Shown: in pieces, positions 59,890 to 64,000 of the stretch
Layout of the letters: the number at the start of each line of letters is the position of its first letter
How positions within the stretch are numbered: position 1 is the stretch's first letter
DNA from: Thermodesulfobacteriota bacterium
Lineage (GTDB): Bacteria > Desulfobacterota > Desulfobacteria > Desulfobacterales > C00003060
Length of the DNA: 64,000 nt
Direction: 5' to 3'
Assembly: GCA_034189385.1 (NCBI GenBank)
Contig: JAXHVD010000013.1
Span: 1-64,000, forward strand
Program-made: the position numbers and the translations under genes
Notes under the pieces: model-generated
The model's database searches: none
What the model saw: only the letters and a program-made list of their open reading frames with translations
What the model was told of the DNA's origin: nothing

Positions 59890-60897
59890 ATGACATTGAC
59901 CAACCCCCTTATAATGCTCCTTTTAATTATTGCGTTGCTAGGCTGTTCCGCTTTTTTCTCGGGGTCTGAGACGGCCCTCATGGCCATCAGCAGGCTGCGT
60001 CTGAGGCACCTTGCCGAGACCAAGCCTGTTAGAGCCAAACTGGTACAACGCATCCTAAAGGAGCCGGAACGCCTGATCGGGACCATCTTGTTAGGAAATA
60101 ATCTGGTGAACGTGGCCATGTCAGCCCTTGCCACGGCTTTTGCCATCTCACTTTGGGGTGAAAAGGGTATTATCTATGTGACAGGGTTGCTCACTCTTGC
60201 GATTCTGGTCTTTGCCGAGATTACCCCCAAAGTGTATGCGAAATACTACAATGAGCGGGTTTCTTTTCTTACGGCTCCCATCCTCAAAGGTATCATGGTG
60301 TTCTCCAATCCAGTGGTGGTCTCGATTACCTATGTCACAAACAAGATCTTATTGCTGCTGGGTGTGGATGTGTCCAAGATGAAGAACCCGCTTATGACAG
60401 AAGACGAGATCAAGACCTGCATCAAGATGGGCTGGGATGAAGGTGCTATTTCAGCAGAGGAAAGGAAAATGCTTTCAAGGGTTTTTACCCTCAATGATAA
60501 GACCGTAGAAGAGGTCATGGTCCCCAAAGAGAAAATGACCGTCCTGGACATAGATGCTTCCATGGATGATCTCACCAAAATGATCGTTAAAACGGGGCAT
60601 ACACGGTTTCCCGTTAGGGAGGGAAGGGGTTCAGATGTCATCGGTTTTGTGCACGCCAAAGATGTGTTCAGGGTCATAGAAAGCAAGCAGTCGGTTTCTG
60701 TCAAGAAGATTCTGCGGCCGGCCTATTTTGTGCCGGCCGAAAAGACGATCGATGCCCAATTGCGAAGCTTTCAGGCGAAAAAACTCCATCAAGCAGTCGT
60801 ACTGGACCCAAAGGGTAAATTGACAGGTCTCATCACCCTGGAAAATATACTGGAAGAACTGGTGGGCAGCATACAGGATGAACACGACTATTCATGA
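59890..60897 (+). CDS. CNNM/DUF21 + CBS pair protein (CorC/HlyC-type Mg/Co transporter-like)
   Basis: SAFFSGSETAL, ILLGNN, FAEITPK, HTRFPV, LENILEELVG. Confidence 0.9.
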   Translation: MTLTNPLIMLLLIIALLGCSAFFSGSETALMAISRLRLRHLAETKPVRAKLVQRILKEPERLIGTILLGNNLVNVAMSALATAFAISLWGEKGIIYVTGLLTLAILVFAEITPKVYAKYYNERVSFLTAPILKGIMVFSNPVVVSITYVTNKILLLLGVDVSKMKNPLMTEDEIKTCIKMGWDEGAISAEERKMLSRVFTLNDKTVEEVMVPKEKMTVLDIDASMDDLTKMIVKTGHTRFPVREGRGSDVIGFVHAKDVFRVIESKQSVSVKKILRPAYFVPAEKTIDAQLRSFQAKKLHQAVVLDPKGKLTGLITLENILEELVGSIQDEHDYS

Positions 60898-60969
60898 GAG
60901 GCGTGCTGGTTTGTGTATAGTGCTCTGATTTTCTGAAGAGGCCTCTTTTGAATGGCGCGCCAAGGATGA

Positions 60970-62733
<1,764 letters not shown>

Positions 62734-62741
<8 letters not shown>

Positions 62742-63075
62742 CGGCCGCCAACCAAGAGAAGAAGACGTCCGAAAGGAACTGTGCCGGAAAGTGAAGATAA
62801 AAGAGGCCAGGAAGATGAGGGCCCGCCAGCAGAAAGATGGCTCTGTTTGGTTCGGGTTGGGCATGTTTGGCCTAGTCGGGTGGTCTGTCGCCATCCCCAC
62901 GCTGATTGGCGTGGCCCTGGGTGTCTGGATAGACCTGAGATGGCCAAGCCGGTATTCCTGGACCTTGACGCTCCTCATCATTGGCATTGGGCTCGGTTGC
63001 CTGAACGCCTGGTTCTGGGTGAGCCGAGAGCGAGAGGCGATTGAGGAAGAAGAAGGGGGACCTGAATGTGACTGA
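62734..63075 (+). CDS. atpQ: N-ATPase AtpQ (AtpZ/AtpI-like membrane protein)
   Basis: WFGLGMFGLVGWSVAIP...GVWID...GCLNAWFW. Confidence 0.85.
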
Positions 63076-63400
63076 ATGGCTTCCCCTAGGACTTTGTTTT
63101 CTGGCGGGCATTGGGCTAGGCACATTCTACTTTTACGGGTTGTGGTTAACGGTTCGAAAGCTCCCCTTGGCGCGGCGACCGCTCCGGCTAAGTCTTCTTA
63201 GCCTTTTTGGGCGCTCAGCCGTAGTGTTGGCGGGCTTCTATTTTGTCATGGGTGGCCGATGGGAGCGGCTGATAGTGAGCTTGGTTGCTTTTCTCGCCGT
63301 TCGGACGGTGCTCGTAAGGCATTGGGGTCCAGATCGCAGCGGCCTGAAGTCGCACCCTGAGCTTGCAGGGAGGAGCCCAGATGTTAAGACCAGAGGCTGA
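63068..63400 (+). CDS. atpR: N-ATPase AtpR membrane subunit
   Basis: GIGLGTFYFYGLWLTV...R...FLAVR; GTG start overlaps atpQ. Confidence 0.8.
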   Translation: MTEWLPLGLCFLAGIGLGTFYFYGLWLTVRKLPLARRPLRLSLLSLFGRSAVVLAGFYFVMGGRWERLIVSLVAFLAVRTVLVRHWGPDRSGLKSHPELAGRSPDVKTRG

Positions 63401-63420
63401 GATCCCTTGGCCTCCAGACA

Positions 63421-63687
63421 TGATGATTTCGAAAAAAGTCCATTTTGCCTTCTCCGTGACCATTTGCGCCCGTGGGCTTGAGAAGAGATGCGCACACTTG
63501 AGATGGTCGACTAAAAGGCTAAAACTCTCCGCCCCGGCGGACTCAAAGTCGAAAGACACGTCTTTCTGTCATTCCGGTGAAAGCCGGGCACGCAGTGAAG
63601 CTCCGGCGCTATCCAGTCTTTTCAAAAACTTCTAGATGCCGGATCAAGTCCGTCATGACGATTCAAGGATTTTTTAAGAAACCGTCA
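63421..63687. mobile_element. MITE-like element, family C, with nested REP-like palindrome (63568-63659)
   Basis: TGATGATTTCGAAAAAAGTCC ... GGATTTTTTAAGAAACCGTCA inverted ends; inner GTCATTCCGGTGAAAGCCGG...CCGGATCAAGTCCGTCATGAC. Confidence 0.75.
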
Positions 63688-63784
63688 GACATGGGCTTTG
63701 GACACATTGATTGTGGATGAATCGTCATCGGAAGTGGCTCGAAAGGCGACAGGTTCAGAAGATCGGCAAGTGAGGTCTTAAAAT

Positions 63785-64000
63785 ATGCGTATTAGCCCTG
63801 ATGACCTGGTTCTCTTCAGGTGGGGACCGATTGTCGTAAATGCAACCATTGTGTTTACCTGGGCTGTGATGGTCTTCATGGTTCTCGGGTCCATACTAGT
63901 GACACGCAAGATCACGTCAGAGACCCGGTTTTCTCGGTGGCAGAACCTTATGGAGGTCCTTGTCACCGGAATGAGGGATCAAATCCGCGAAATCAGCGGT
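63785..64000 (+). CDS. atpB: ATP synthase subunit a (N-ATPase), truncated by window end
   Basis: MRISPDDLVLFRWGPIVVNATIVFTWAVM...SRWQNLMEVLV; not in the ORF track. Confidence 0.88.
   Translation, partial: MRISPDDLVLFRWGPIVVNATIVFTWAVMVFMVLGSILVTRKITSETRFSRWQNLMEVLVTGMRDQIREISG

Overview
Chromosomal window from a Desulfobacterota (deltaproteobacterial)-like bacterium; the lineage is inferred from the DVU0298-type HEAT protein, Zn-ribbon-PilZ, HEAT/HD-GYP pair and repeat styles. It starts in the end of an IS630-type element that interrupts a small Cys-rich gene. From 1-27 kb come mostly housekeeping and signalling genes: ABC-F, S4 protein, short S1, PilZ, HD-GYP, ThiDN, MlaEFD, a sensor kinase with an NtrC-family regulator, ApbE, an M29 aminopeptidase, radical SAM proteins and two Hsp20s. 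From 27-64 kb lies a stress/osmo-adaptation-like region: a 9-gene GT4/GH130/six-hairpin glycosidase/PIG-L/NagB cluster, mgsA, hsp20-groES-groEL, a 4-gene PLP enzyme/DUF1611/PP-loop-creatininase fusion/dipeptide epimerase operon, an orphan sigma54 activator, a glucosylglycerate-synthase-like gene and the start of an N-ATPase operon. The best candidates for undescribed systems are: (1) a sigma54-promoted ~80-nt two-hairpin sRNA behind three exactly 70-bp-phased motifs, next to the two-component system; (2) the PP-loop-creatininase/DgcN/DgcA-like operon; (3) a mirror-symmetric enhancer regulon around the orphan activator; (4) the glyco cluster. At least three families of non-autonomous inverted-repeat elements are present. 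No rRNA, tRNA or CRISPR array was seen. All calls come from motif reading by eye, with no database searches.
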